Positions 25,318-38,020 of a stretch of DNA of 64,000 nt are shown in pieces. The DNA lies in NCBI GenBank assembly GCA_964035545.1, contig OZ037772.1, forward strand, positions 4,902,233 through 4,966,232, read 5' to 3'. The notes under the pieces were generated by a model. That model had not been told where the DNA came from. It searched no databases and worked only from the letters and a program-made list of their open reading frames with translations. Source of the stretch: Bugula neritina (Eukaryota; Animalia; Bryozoa). A program made the position numbers and the translations under genes. Within the stretch, counting starts at the first letter, position 1; each line of letters starts with the position of its first letter.

Positions 25318-26649
25318 CTGAAAAATTAAATAATAATTTAACGTACCCATACAATTCTTATTTGTTTGCTCATATTGAAAACAAAAAAGATGAAAAAATA
25401 AAACAAGACATGTGACCATCGAACAATAGTTGGTAAATAGTATTGTATTGTAAATCATACGCAATCATTATCAAGAGTCTATAAAAATCATTCCAAACAG
25501 ATAACTTTTAAGTTGTAGTCAGCAGCTCATATGAACAGAGTTGTCATTGTGAACATTTCAATAATGAAAAGGATATTTATATTCCCATTGAACTTAAATA
25601 CCCATATTATAAGTACATCTAATAACGCAGCAAACTCCCTTTTAAAATCACATTAATATAGCATCAGCAAAAGAACACTAAATGGCAAAAGCAGTTTGAA
25701 AACCAATTTCAGATTGAAAATTTAATTGATCAAATATTGCTTTTTTATTTAGATTAAGACTCATTGCGGTAAACAAGCAAGAAAACTTTGTGATATGGAT
25801 AAGAAAGGTTTTAAAACAAAAGCCATGATTTTCAAAAAGTCTGCACCACACTTAATATCAACACCATCCTAGATGCTACACCAGAGCAACGAATAATTAA
25901 AACAGTATACCTTGGAGAGTTAATAACTGATATTGCATGGTTAAAATGAACAAGAAATAAAGAGAAGAAATGAACTGGCAAAAAATGCTTTCCAGGATAT
26001 TTCTTAAGTATATTGACATTAGAAAAATCAAAATACAAACACGAGAAAAATTACTATGCAAAAAATTCTTCCCCATATAACAAGCAGATATTATTAGTTA
26101 TTTATCAGTAATGCATCTACTAGGCATAGACTCACAAGGTTTCATAGTTGATTGTAAGAACAAGGTCGGCAAAGGTTTTTGGATGTTGCAATAAAGATAA
26201 AACTCAAACCTTAGTGTGTTAGGATAAATGAGCAAAGACTCTACCTATGCTACCAGAAGCAGCAACTGGTCCCAAAAAGTGGAGTAAAACTTTACACTTT
26301 TAATGATGATGTTTTATGATCATTATTATTAAAAAAATGTATATCATACTGATAAAACTATAGCGGTAAATGTGAAACATATAATTCATATCAATATTCA
26401 CACCGTATAAGAGTATTTACTTAAAATGGCTTATTCATTTGGAATTGTAACAATACTGACAAGTAACAGAACACGTACCAATAAAATAACAATCACTGTA
26501 AAAAATGAGTATTTAACACCATAAAAACCTAAAGCATTGATACTTGTGGTACATCTAGTACTAAAGCACTTACAGACTTACAGTGGTAGTCTGTTATCAC
26601 TAAATCTAATGATTTTCACAGTTCTCAATCAAGGTATTAGACACCATAA

Positions 26650-26740
26650 CTACTAGTGGGCCTACTAGTACTACTACTACTAGTACTAGTAACTAGAGTA
26701 CTACTACTACTAGTACTACTACTGTACTAGTAGTAATAAT
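26650..26740. repeat. (TAC/TAG)n low-complexity tract
   Basis: tactagtactactactac repeats. Confidence 0.8.
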
Positions 26741-28598
26741 AATTTATATCAAAAATGAGCACATTGTGATTGTTTTACTAATAATATTCTCAACCTAATA
26801 GCAATAGTACCAACCTGATCCGTAATGGGTTTTCCTGAAGAATGGAACTAGATTGTAATTACCGACATGTGTATACATACTAAATTAGTCTCTAATAATA
26901 TATTATTATGAAATTTATGATTATCGCCCCATTTGCGGAGTAGTCAGGCCGAGTTTATTATGAACACAAGAGTCGAGTAAATTTGCGCAGATAAATTACT
27001 GGCCACCATGATAGACCAGACCTGTTTTGACCGAATATCGGTTCTACTTGAACACTAGAATCGCCCCCAAGGTCCAATGCCTAATTGAGTCCGCGGCTCC
27101 TTTGGTCAAATGACCCAAAGATTCAATTTCAATTTTGAATACCATAGGCGTGCTCAAACTTATAGTTATAGGCTAGGGCATATGCATGGTTATTATTGGA
27201 AAATAGATTAATAATTAGTAATACTAATACTAATAGTAATACGAATGCACTAATGGTAATAGTTATAATGTCACGATTAGACTTTACATTTGCTCTTACT
27301 CTTAGTCTTAGTTATAATCATATTTATAAACATGAATATCGCTCTCACTCTGACTCACACTCTAAGTCTAAGTCTATCAGCATCACTATCAGTATCACTA
27401 CCAATATGAATATAGCTATAACTATAAGTATTACTCAATCAGTTTCACTATGACTATGATAAAATCATAAAATGATAAATAATCCACTAATACTTAGTGA
27501 TAACAGTTACTGATTAGAGTGATCTTAAATTAGTAATCAGTATAGCTGTGAGTATAACTCACTGTAGTACTCTTAATCATAATCATAATGGTAGTGGTAT
27601 GAGTATCACTATCAGTATGGGATCAACTAATACTAATAGTAATACTGTAAAGTGTAATACTAATACTAATACAGTATTACTAATAGTAATAGTAATAGTA
27701 TCAAATCGAAATTAATCAATAGTAAATATAGTTATACTTAAACTTAAAGACTTATACTTATAGTAGTAATAGTTATACTTATAGTATTAGAACCTTATAC
27801 TATGTCTATAGTCTATGACGGCATGACATACCCATAAATGGTGATGTCTAAGTCCTACTTCAAAGTAGCAGTTAAACTTAAAGTTTGATATTCTACTCTG
27901 TATAACCGAGACTGACTATCATACACCTTACATGTCATGCTGAGTATCATTATGATTATCACTTGAGGTTTATGAGTATCACTTTCAGTAAGATAATCAT
28001 ACTATGACTATGAGTTATACTTATAGTCACACCCCGATACCCATACTTCTACTTCTAGTGATCTACTCTTACTCCTAGTTCTACGGGCAAGGCTACTCAC
28101 TCATACTCATAGTCATAGTAACTGATAGTGGTGTAACCTAAACTAATACTATAACCAATGCCAAAAGACAAGGTAAAGCTAAAATTAAAAATAGAAACCA
28201 AAGGGTCATAAATCATATATGTAATGGTGTTTTAGTTTATGATTGTTTATGTTCATTTTATGTTTATTCTACCAAGTACCAACTCATCAGTCACTTAGTT
28301 TTATAGTGATAATTATACTTACACTTATAGCCTACACCCTATAGCTTATTTAATTTTGACTTTACCTTGCCCTTTGGCAGTGATTTAGTTTTAATTAAAT
28401 TGTTATATTTAATGTTTTTCATGAACTTTATGAAATTTTATTGATAAGATATCATATAGTAATAGTGATAATTGTATCATAATGATGATATTGATATATA
28501 AAACATTATGACCATCAATGTATCACTGTGAATGTAATAATTTTTATATAAGTAAATTAATTTACTATTAAATAAAACTTGTGCAAGTTTATAGTTGG

Positions 28599-28704
28599 CA
28601 TCCCTGTGAGAAACCCCTGATGGGAAAGGTTTTTTGTTAAATGGGGCTAAGCAATTATTTGGTTGGAGCATAGGAGTAATTATGACTGGATGCTTTTCCT
28701 AACA
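28599..28704 (-). mobile_element. SINE 3' fragment related to 3557-3752
   Basis: catccctgtgagaa...gatg.aaaggttttt...gag.aattatga.tggatgct.tt.ctaaca is shared with the 3.6 kb copy. Confidence 0.55.
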
Positions 28705-29749
28705 AATGACAGTAATGAAAAATTGAATATGATTGTTATCTAATCATTATGTAAGGTTAACCTTTATGTTAGGAATCTCAATAGCACGAGCATACAATTC
28801 AATCATCGCCATGTTGGCTGTGATTTCCTTAATCATACTTATTAAGCTTGCAGTTTTTGATATTTGATAGATATAGTATTCATAATAATAGTCACTTAAA
28901 TTTGATGGTAATATTGATCAATAAATTTTAAGTACACTGACTAAATCTAATGATTAGTGGTAATGAAACTAACGACACTCAAACTGATTTGCCTCAAGAC
29001 TGAACTATGTTTTCTAAGTGATGACAGACTAAGATTAAGTTTAATAATAGGGCAGTAGTACATGTAACTAAAAGTATAAGCTAAAGTATACAACCATAAG
29101 TGAGTAACCATGATGTTATCTCGACCAACGCAATCTCAATACCAATACCTGATTTATTGAAAATGTTACTATATATTTGAGTATGAGTATGTAACTGTAT
29201 TAATATGATAAAACTTATACAGTTATGCACATAGTGCTAGTGAAAGTATCTCAAACCGTTGCAAAATCCAACTTTATTCAAAACTTTGCTACAAATACTT
29301 GAGTTTTTATTTTAAGGTTGATCATAAAAAGTTAAAATTATTGTGAATAAATTAATTTTAACTGTTCATTTTACTTCAACATTATCTTTTAATTTAATAA
29401 AGTTTTAATGAATATTAATTTATTTATTTTTCAACAAGTCACTGTTTTAATTAATATAGGTATAAGTTTAGGTATCTAATAACTTTAACCATCATTATAT
29501 TCATCATTTTTAATTTGTATGCCAATTGCTAAATTATAATACCTATACTGATATCACCACTGTTGAATTATTTTTCTTATTCACCTATGTTTGTAATACG
29601 GTTATTGCTTGTTAGTTAGTAGCATATATAACAACTATAGTAATAGCTATAACTACAAGCATATTTAATATGCTAAGGTATATTGAGAGATTGTCATAAA
29701 TATCTCAGTGATCATATACATGACACCCTTAGCATTCATGTCTTGAACA

Positions 29750-30280
29750 TCTAGCCATAGCTCCCTTTATATTGTTTCCAGTGTTGAATGCCCATCCTGC
29801 AAGAATGCTTTGCCTCCATTTGAGAGGTGGTAAATTGATTGGATTTTATGTAAAATTCCTTAAGCTCTTGTTTCAGGACATCCTCAAACCTTAGATATAA
29901 GTTCTTCTAGCTGGATGAGTTCCTTTTGATATTAATGCATGCAATCGAGTGCGGCGGATGAGATACTTTGGCATGTTGACCAGCCCAGTGAAGACAGAAG
30001 AAATTCAGTTTTGAAGAAAGAGAATCCGGGTCTGTGATTTCAAATACATCTTCATTTATCATTTTATCTTCCCAGATTTTACTCAACATGCATCTTAAAC
30101 TCCAGGTATGAAAAGTGCTGAGCTTTGATTCTTGCAGTCCACATGTTGCCCATGTTTTTGATTCACAAGGAAGAATGCTGAGAACACCAACTGCGTAGAC
30201 TTTTCTTTTGGCGTGAATATTAGGGTGTTTGTTTGTCCATATTTGCTAGTTCACAAAGCCGAATTATTTTGGTATTTGTC
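29750..30280 (-). mobile_element. RTE-clade LINE ORF2 C-terminal fragment (degenerate)
   Basis: Minus-strand translation IWTNKHPNIHAKRKVYAVGVLSILPCESKTWAT..QESKLSTFHTWSLRCMLSKIWEDKMINEDVF..LHWAG..LRFEDVLKQELK matches the RTE pattern TKxxVY..LLYGxETW..FHxRCLRxIL..WxDKxxN..LRWxGH..RFKDxLK. Confidence 0.8.
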
Positions 30281-32084
30281 ATATCCTGCAGAGCCCATTT
30301 AAATGTTTGAGCAGAAAAAGTAAAAATAAATATTTTGCAGTGTGCTTACTGTTTTGATGATGGTTTTAGGAAAACATCTAAATTTACCATTCATGTACTT
30401 GTGACAGGCCTGTGTTTCAGCGATTATAGGAGAGTATAATTTTTCTTTAATAGAAATTGAGTCATGCAAGGGAAGCTGGTTTCCTTACTTTATTAAGCAA
30501 AATTTGCTATCACAACAACAGAAGTGTTGCTAGCCTTGATTTGGAAACATTTTATATTTATAACTCTGAAGCCTATTTTGAGACATTTGGCTGCATGTTG
30601 GATAGATTGCATAGCATCTTTACTTGCGCTAATACTTAGAAGCATTTACTTGGTTTTCCTATAGTTTTATTTTGAATGTTTTTATGATATATTGCAGAAC
30701 TGTGGGTTCATTCTACTTGTAAGTATATTCCATAGGTCTAACTCAAACCCTGTGAATTTTCAAGTTAATATGGCAAGCTATGATGAAAGAAATGCTAAAC
30801 TAGACAGGTAATAGAAAAGAAAGTCCGATAATTTTTTTAATTGTAATTTAAATTACTTAGCTTGCATTACTCAACAGTATGGTAGCAGTGGTAGAACCAG
30901 CAGCAGCAGCAGCAGGAGTAGATTATAGTATAGTAGTATTGATAAAATGATTGATAGATTAGAACTGTAATTTTGAATATTAAAAATATGACAATGCCAC
31001 TGTGCGCCATAAATTTCTTGTTGGCCATTAAAATCAGCCATTAAATCAGTTTTCTTTTGGCTAGAACAAGCACTGCTGCCTGGACATAGTAATATATTAT
31101 ATGTATGGACTGTATGTTAATTATATGTAGAGGAATTATTTTTGCTAGCTTTAATAAAAAACCCTGCTCGTTTCTCATATTATTGTATTGTCAGTTTCAG
31201 CAATTTCAGGCCAGATAAATTTAAATTATACCTTGCAAATTTTAGGCCTGTTCCAGTCTACCTGTCAACACATTTGTTTGATCTAATCTAATTATGATGG
31301 CCTTCCAAGCAATGTAGTTAGCAAAAGTGAGAGAACTAATATTGCTTTTTCAGCCTATATTATGTTTGAAACCAGTAAAATAATAGAAATCATGAAACTA
31401 GTAATAGGCAATCCTATAATGCTGTTTAATAAACTTATTTGCGCTGTTACTTTAGTGATTTCGACGCTGTTCTATAAATTATTAGCAATCTTTTAAAAAT
31501 GAATAAATATACATTTTCTTTTAGTATGTCACCAATTGGAATATTTTGACCTGTATACCTATCTAGTGGAGGTGTTAATTTGTAAACATATTGGTTTTAC
31601 CAAGATCAGTGATTAAAGCAGTTGCTGAAAGCCAAAATAAAATGCTAACTAAAGTTCATATCTAGTGGGCTACAATTTGCCAACTTCTATAAAGCATATA
31701 ATAGCTAGTAATTGTTTCTATGCTGTACCACTTGACGGTCTGTTCTCTTTTACCTTACTCTATATTATGCTGTATAAATTCTAGCACACCTATCTGGTTT
31801 TTAATCATTTCTTGCACCATATGCCAATAATTTTTACGTAGATGCATACAATCGGACAGCTGGATAGCCTGGCTATTGTGGAGAAGCATCATAACCACCT
31901 GCTTGGTGTTAGAGCTGAGTGCATATCAAGGTGGGTAGCACAACTTCTTAGTTCATAAGTAGCAGCGTAGCTTTTTAAAAGGTTTGACTATATTAAAATA
32001 TAAACATTTTGTTATTGCACTAATACAATGATAAAAATATGAGCAAACAGTTTCCAATATAACTTGCTGCTGGTAAGATTTACA

Positions 32085-32320
32085 GTATTTGTAGTAGAAA
32101 CAATATTAGTAGTGGTAAAAGTAGTAGTAGCAGTAGTAGTAGTAGCAGTAGTAGTAGTAGCAGCAGTAGTAGCAGTAGTAGAAGTAGTAGCAGCAGCAGC
32201 AGTAGTAGAAGTAGTAGTAGCAGTAGCAGTAGCACTAGTAGTAGTAGTAGTAGCAGTAGCAGTAGTATAGTAGTAGAAGTAATAATAATAAAATAATAGA
32301 ATTATTAGTAGTAGTGGTGA
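32085..32320. repeat. (AGT/AGC)n trinucleotide tract
   Basis: gtagtagcagtagta...; explains the poly-T, poly-V and poly-Y ORFs. Confidence 0.9.
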
Positions 32321-33878
32321 AGTTGTTTTTGGTTCTGACGTTAGTACTGTTAGCGGTAGAGATGGTGTTGGTAGAAATAGGATTAGTGGTTGTGCACTCA
32401 TAGTTGAAGGCATAAAGCATAAACCAGAATTGAATACATATATAACATAGATATGATATGACTTCTTATTTATATTGATTTACTATCTTGCATGAACATG
32501 GCATTTTCGCTATCAACATTAGTGTTTGTATTATACACTTTCACTAAACAAGCTTGTTAAATTTATAAAAAATTATGTAGGTGATGACTGTTGCATATCT
32601 GTGTTTAATTTTGAAAATATCATGTTGCATAATTATTTTTTAGGTGTCTGGTGAGCGGACGACTTCATTTTCGGCTGCTTCATGGCACCTTTATTTTCGG
32701 AAAAGATGTAACCACTTGTAAAATCAGTTTTTTTATGGTGAACTTAACAATATAATGTTTAACAAAATTCTTTCTTGGTTAAAAATAAAGGTATACCGTC
32801 TTTGGCTTTCTGTTATTTCTATATTGTGTTCTTCTGTTGCTATGTGTAATTGATGAGATGACTCCAAACTCTTGCACATCCGCCACAATAAAGTATATAA
32901 TTTTGCTATGGGCATCAAGATTTTGTTATAAGTAGATATAGTTTTGCAATGATAGTGTTGATGCTGCAGCAGGTAACATTCTAGTAGGATAAACCAAACA
33001 GAATTTAAGCTAAAACATTCTAAAAAAATACAGCATCGCTTGAGCCACCTTGCCTTCTCTCTTTTCTAGGCAAAAGTTGTTAGCTAAATAAGGAAAAGAC
33101 AAATTAATGATTTCTGTGAGAGTTGTCTACTACAAAAATTACGTAGCAGATCATCATTAGTAACCATAACAACACGTACATGTTTACAGCACTCATGTGC
33201 TCTCTTTGTTCTGATTCGTCAACAGTAGCGCCCTAGACAGTCGATGTTATCGCACGAAAATATATTGTTTATTGCGGCTAATATCGCGAAATGGCAAAAT
33301 GAGGATCGACCCTGACAGTCGTAAAAGCCGTGTGATGCACTGTTAAAAATATTAAAAAGACAGCACATATAAGAACATAATCTTAAAAATAGGCATATGT
33401 GACACCTATATTTTGATTAACAAAGAAATCTTCTTCACTTTATTAATCTAGCTCATATAATGGTATTCTGTCTTAGTATGTTCTTTTAATACTTGAAATC
33501 TAATCAGCTACAGAAAAGTACTTCAATTCAAAGGCCTTCATAATTATTCTTTAGTTTGCTATTTAAATAGACAGTAAGGTTGATGAATAAAATAAAAGTT
33601 AGTAAAGTAAAAACTAAATAAATTGAGAATAATATCTCCACTCTAAGGTTATAATCCTTATAAATTAACATTTTAATACTCCTGTTATCCTTAGGTATAG
33701 TTGTTAGCAATTTAACTATGAGCTCGAAGCCAAATGTCAGTATCAGCATCCCATTACATTGACTAAGACTGACTTTATAACCCTCAAGCTGTGGCACTCA
33801 ATTTCTATAAGTAGTAACTAATAACAAATATAAAATTATTTTTTTGCTACTGATAGTGATAATAATAATAATAATAAT

Positions 33879-36795
33879 TAAAATTAATAATATGATCCAT
33901 TAAAATAGAACTAATAAAGCCAACGACGTTAATGGTATGTCTAACTAAACATGGCATGTCTCGTCTGGCAGTGGGTATGTGGAGGACCAGGCAACCTACG
34001 GCCGTCAACCCGTTACTGGCACAACTAGAAGAAGATACTCAAGAGAAGACAACAAAGTTGTCATGGAATGCTACTTCAAAAGTACACCCAAATTGAGAGG
34101 TTATAGAAAAACAATGTATGAGCTCTGTAGACCGGGATCAAAGAATTATTTAAAAAGAATGTGCAAACGCTGGAAAAAAGAGGAGAGTTTAACATCAGCG
34201 AATAGAGACTAGCGGATTAAGCAAGAACTATGAAGAAACACAAGCATTTTATGGAAGAAGAACTCCATAAGATTGAAGAAGGAACCTTGCAAGAACTAGG
34301 CACATCAATTGGTGAAGAAGATAATGAAGAGCTAAATTTGCAAATAGAGGATGTTATAGTACAACATGAGATAGCATATAAATCAGCCATGAGAACTTTA
34401 AGAGTACCTAGTTCAGAGTAACAAACTATCTAATGATCGACCAACACTAAGAGCCCTTAGGCACATTGAGAGGGTCAAATTACTACAGGCAGTAAAACAG
34501 ATTATTGATGTGCTAAACTGTGTTGAGATTATTAATACCATTGAGCTTAATAACACCACTATGGCTTGTGCGAAAAATAGTAACAGAACAAGTGTGTAAC
34601 AAAAAGGAAAAAAAACCTGACAATGTACAAGTATGGAAAATACGACTGCAGAAGAAATAAAAAGAAATTAGATCAGACTTAAGTAAAATAGCAGAGTGAA
34701 AAAGTAGAACTTACAATGATTCATTGAGAAGAATGGTTGAAGAAAAATATAGGATAAAGAACAAAGAGTGTGGTGTAGTGATTGAAAAACTGAAGCAAAA
34801 CCTGAGAGCTGTAAGCCAGAAGATAAACAGATATACAGAATGAGTTGATCAATATAATCAGAACACAATGTTTACAATGATAAGCGCTTTTATCAAGAAT
34901 TACGAGGAAATGAATGTACATCTAAAGAGGCACCTGACAAGGAAATCAAAAGCATTCTGATAAAATATATGAGGTCATCCAACTAAAAATAATACCAATG
35001 CAGAATGACTAAATAAAGTTAGCAACAAATTGGAGCATATGTAAAGACAAGGAAATTAGATCTTGGAAACGATGCAAACAACTGGAATAGCAATTAATGT
35101 CATAAGGTTGATAAGAAAAAGCATGAAACCTGGAAAACACAACTGAAATACCTGGAAGAAAAGATAGGAGAAATAAAGATCAAACTAAGAATTTTCCAAG
35201 GAGACTCTTTATCTCTATCCCTTTTCTCCAACTACCGATTCGCATGACAGAAGCGGCTCCATGATGCAAATTTCGACGAGACAGAAAACAAACCATCTCC
35301 TATATGTGGATGACCTGAAGGTAAATAGGAAATCAAAGTCAGAACTGGAAGCTTTGGTAAACACTGCCGGGATCTTCACAAGGAATATAGAAATGAAATT
35401 TGGATTAAAAAATGTGCCACACTGGTTATGAAAAAGGGAAAGAAAATCAAGGACACAGGAATCAGTTTGCCTGATGAACAGGTAATCAAAGATCTGGGTG
35501 AGAAGCCGTATAAATATCTAGGAGTTCTTGAGATTGATAGAATACAAATATATGAAATGAAAAATAAGATCAAGGAGTACTACAAACAAATAAGAAAAGT
35601 TCTGGATTCAAAACTGAATGGTGAGAACACAATCAAAGCAATAAACACATGGGCAGTAACAGCAGTGCATTACACAGCTAGTATACTTGACTGAACTGTT
35701 TCATGAGCTAAAAAATATGAACTGAAAGACAAGGAAGCTAATGACAACAAACCGTGCACCCTATCCGAGAGCAGATGTAGGCAGGCTGTATTTTAGCAGA
35801 AGGGAAGGCGGTAGAAGAATGTTGTCAACTGAAAAATGCATAAAGATTGAAAACTGCAGCATGTCAGACTACATAAATAAAACATAGACTGATAGAAACA
35901 CCACACTGAATACCTTCCTAAAAAACAAAACGGCGGTAGAACTAAATAATGATAAAGTGATAGAAAGAACTGATGAGTGTTAAGAAAAGCTTCACGTGGT
36001 CAATACATCAAAATGGTGGAAGACATGAAAGCATTTTCCTGGAACTGGTTGAAGTATGGTTGGCTGAAAAAGGAAACAGAAGGACTGCTGACAGCTGCGC
36101 AAGATCAACTATTCACTACTAGAAATTATAAAGTGGCTATGAGAGAACAGGGTAGCAAGAAGTGTGGAATGTGTAACGCAAGAGACAAAACTTCGATGCA
36201 CGTATTGAGTGAGTTTGAGAAGGTAGCAGAAGGAGAATATAAGAAAAAACACAATCTTTTGGCATTGATAATTTCAATAGTAGTTGTGTGAACTTCGTGG
36301 GTTTCAGAAAAGTAAGAATTAGTACGGCCATCAAGCAGAATCAGTACTGAAAAATGATAATGTAAAAACCTTGTAAGATTTTAACATACACACTGACGTA
36401 GTCATCAAAGTTAGGAGACCCGATATATTAGTAGTTGACAAGCATAATGCTGAAACAACGATAATTGATATCACAGTCCCTGTTAACTACAGAGTAAAAA
36501 AAAAAAATTCGAAAAGTTAGGAAAATATCAGAATTTAGCACTAGAATAAACCCGCCTTTGGAAAACATAAAAAAAGTCATCCCGTTGTAACTGGAGCCTT
36601 TGGAGCTTTATACAAGATTGTAGACTGGCTGACACTACTTGGAGTAGCTGAAAACAAATGCTCATTAATTCAGCAGACACCCTTACTAGGATCAGGATAA
36701 GCTCACATCCTGAGGAAAGTTCTATCCATTTCAACCTAGTATAACTAGGCCAATGGTAAAAATTTACACCAGCTAAAAAACTACGGTCAATCAAC
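33879..36795 (+). mobile_element. Degenerate R4/Dong-clade non-LTR retrotransposon (RT plus restriction-like endonuclease) inserted in (TAA)n
   Basis: N-terminal EDNKVVMECYF..P..RGYRK; RT IFQGDSLS (35191), HLLYVDDLK (35294) and YKYLG; LKKETEGLLTAAQDQ..TRNY..KCGMC; RLE RRPDILVVD (36413), IIDITVP and KYQNL. (AAT)6 at 33861-33878 and (AAT)4 at 36796-36807. Many stops and frameshifts; the N-terminal half of the RT is deleted. Confidence 0.88.
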
Positions 36796-37864
36796 AATAA
36801 TAATAATATACAACTATATTAGTGCAGTTGGTTCTATTATTAGATTAGCATATCGATTATGACTTTTCAATTGCCACCCTGATACTATGAGTAAAATGTA
36901 CAAGCATACGTGAAAGTATAGATATGATCATAAGTATAAAAATAGGTATAAGTATAAATATAAATATAGGTACAAGTATAAAACGAATGATTATATTATT
37001 AATAATATTAGTCAGTGATACCTATAACCGTAATGGTTTTTAGACTTACAGTTATCATTAACATTAGCTGAGTAATATGATTAGTTAAAATAATGGTATT
37101 CATTATTATATCATAGTTATAAGTTATAACTCTAGTCTCTAAAGCGCAACAGCAAGTGTAATTGGGATATTCATATTAAATTTCATATTCACATAGTGCG
37201 ATGTTTATGTTATGAACTAATTTATTCCTTCAACATTTAACTATAAATATGATTAACACTAACTTTGACCAGCAGTATTACTAAAAGAAGCGTATTACAC
37301 ATATAAGATAATAAAATTCTAGTAGTAGGACTAATAGTATTACTAGGTCCAGTATTATTCTTGTTATCTTATTCATCATTCATGAGTTATCAAATTTAAA
37401 ATTACTACTTATTAGCATCAGCATATAAAAAGTAAGATCATTAGGAATAATTATCATGAGGTATGATCTATGATTTGCATTATCCATATATAGTTTAATA
37501 CCAATATGATATATTATTATTGCTGATAGTCTATGTTATAGTAAAATTTATACTTATCTTTACAGTTACCTATAGTAGCACTTATTAGTTATTTGTGGTA
37601 GCCAAACTAATGTTTAATGTTAATAAATTAAACTGAGTATCATAAAAGTGTTACTAAGAATTTTAATTATAATCGTAATGGTGATCATATTACTTTATTA
37701 TAATTATTATATTTTATCATTAATGCTAAACTGAGTTAATGTATATACTTTGAGTTTTACTATTACTCATTATATTTACACTTATAGTAAAACTAAATAT
37801 GTAAAAGTTATACTTATACTATTATTATTCGTATTTCATTAGACTTACATCTAAGATCGCAGTC

Positions 37865-38020
37865 CTATTACTACTACCACTGATACTAGTACTACAACTA
37901 GTACTAGTACTGCTACTAGTACTAGTACTACTACTACTACTACTACTACTAATAGTACTGTTACTACTACTACTACTAGTACTACTACTAGGTCTACTAC
38001 TGTACTAGTACAACTACAAA
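37865..38020. repeat. (TAC/TAG)n low-complexity tract
   Basis: actagtactactactac repeats. Confidence 0.85.

Noticed and set aside
33880-34030. HDV-like ribozyme at the 5' end of the R4/Dong element
   Set aside because: The nested double pseudoknot could not be built by eye, and the GC-rich part reads as the ORF N-terminus.
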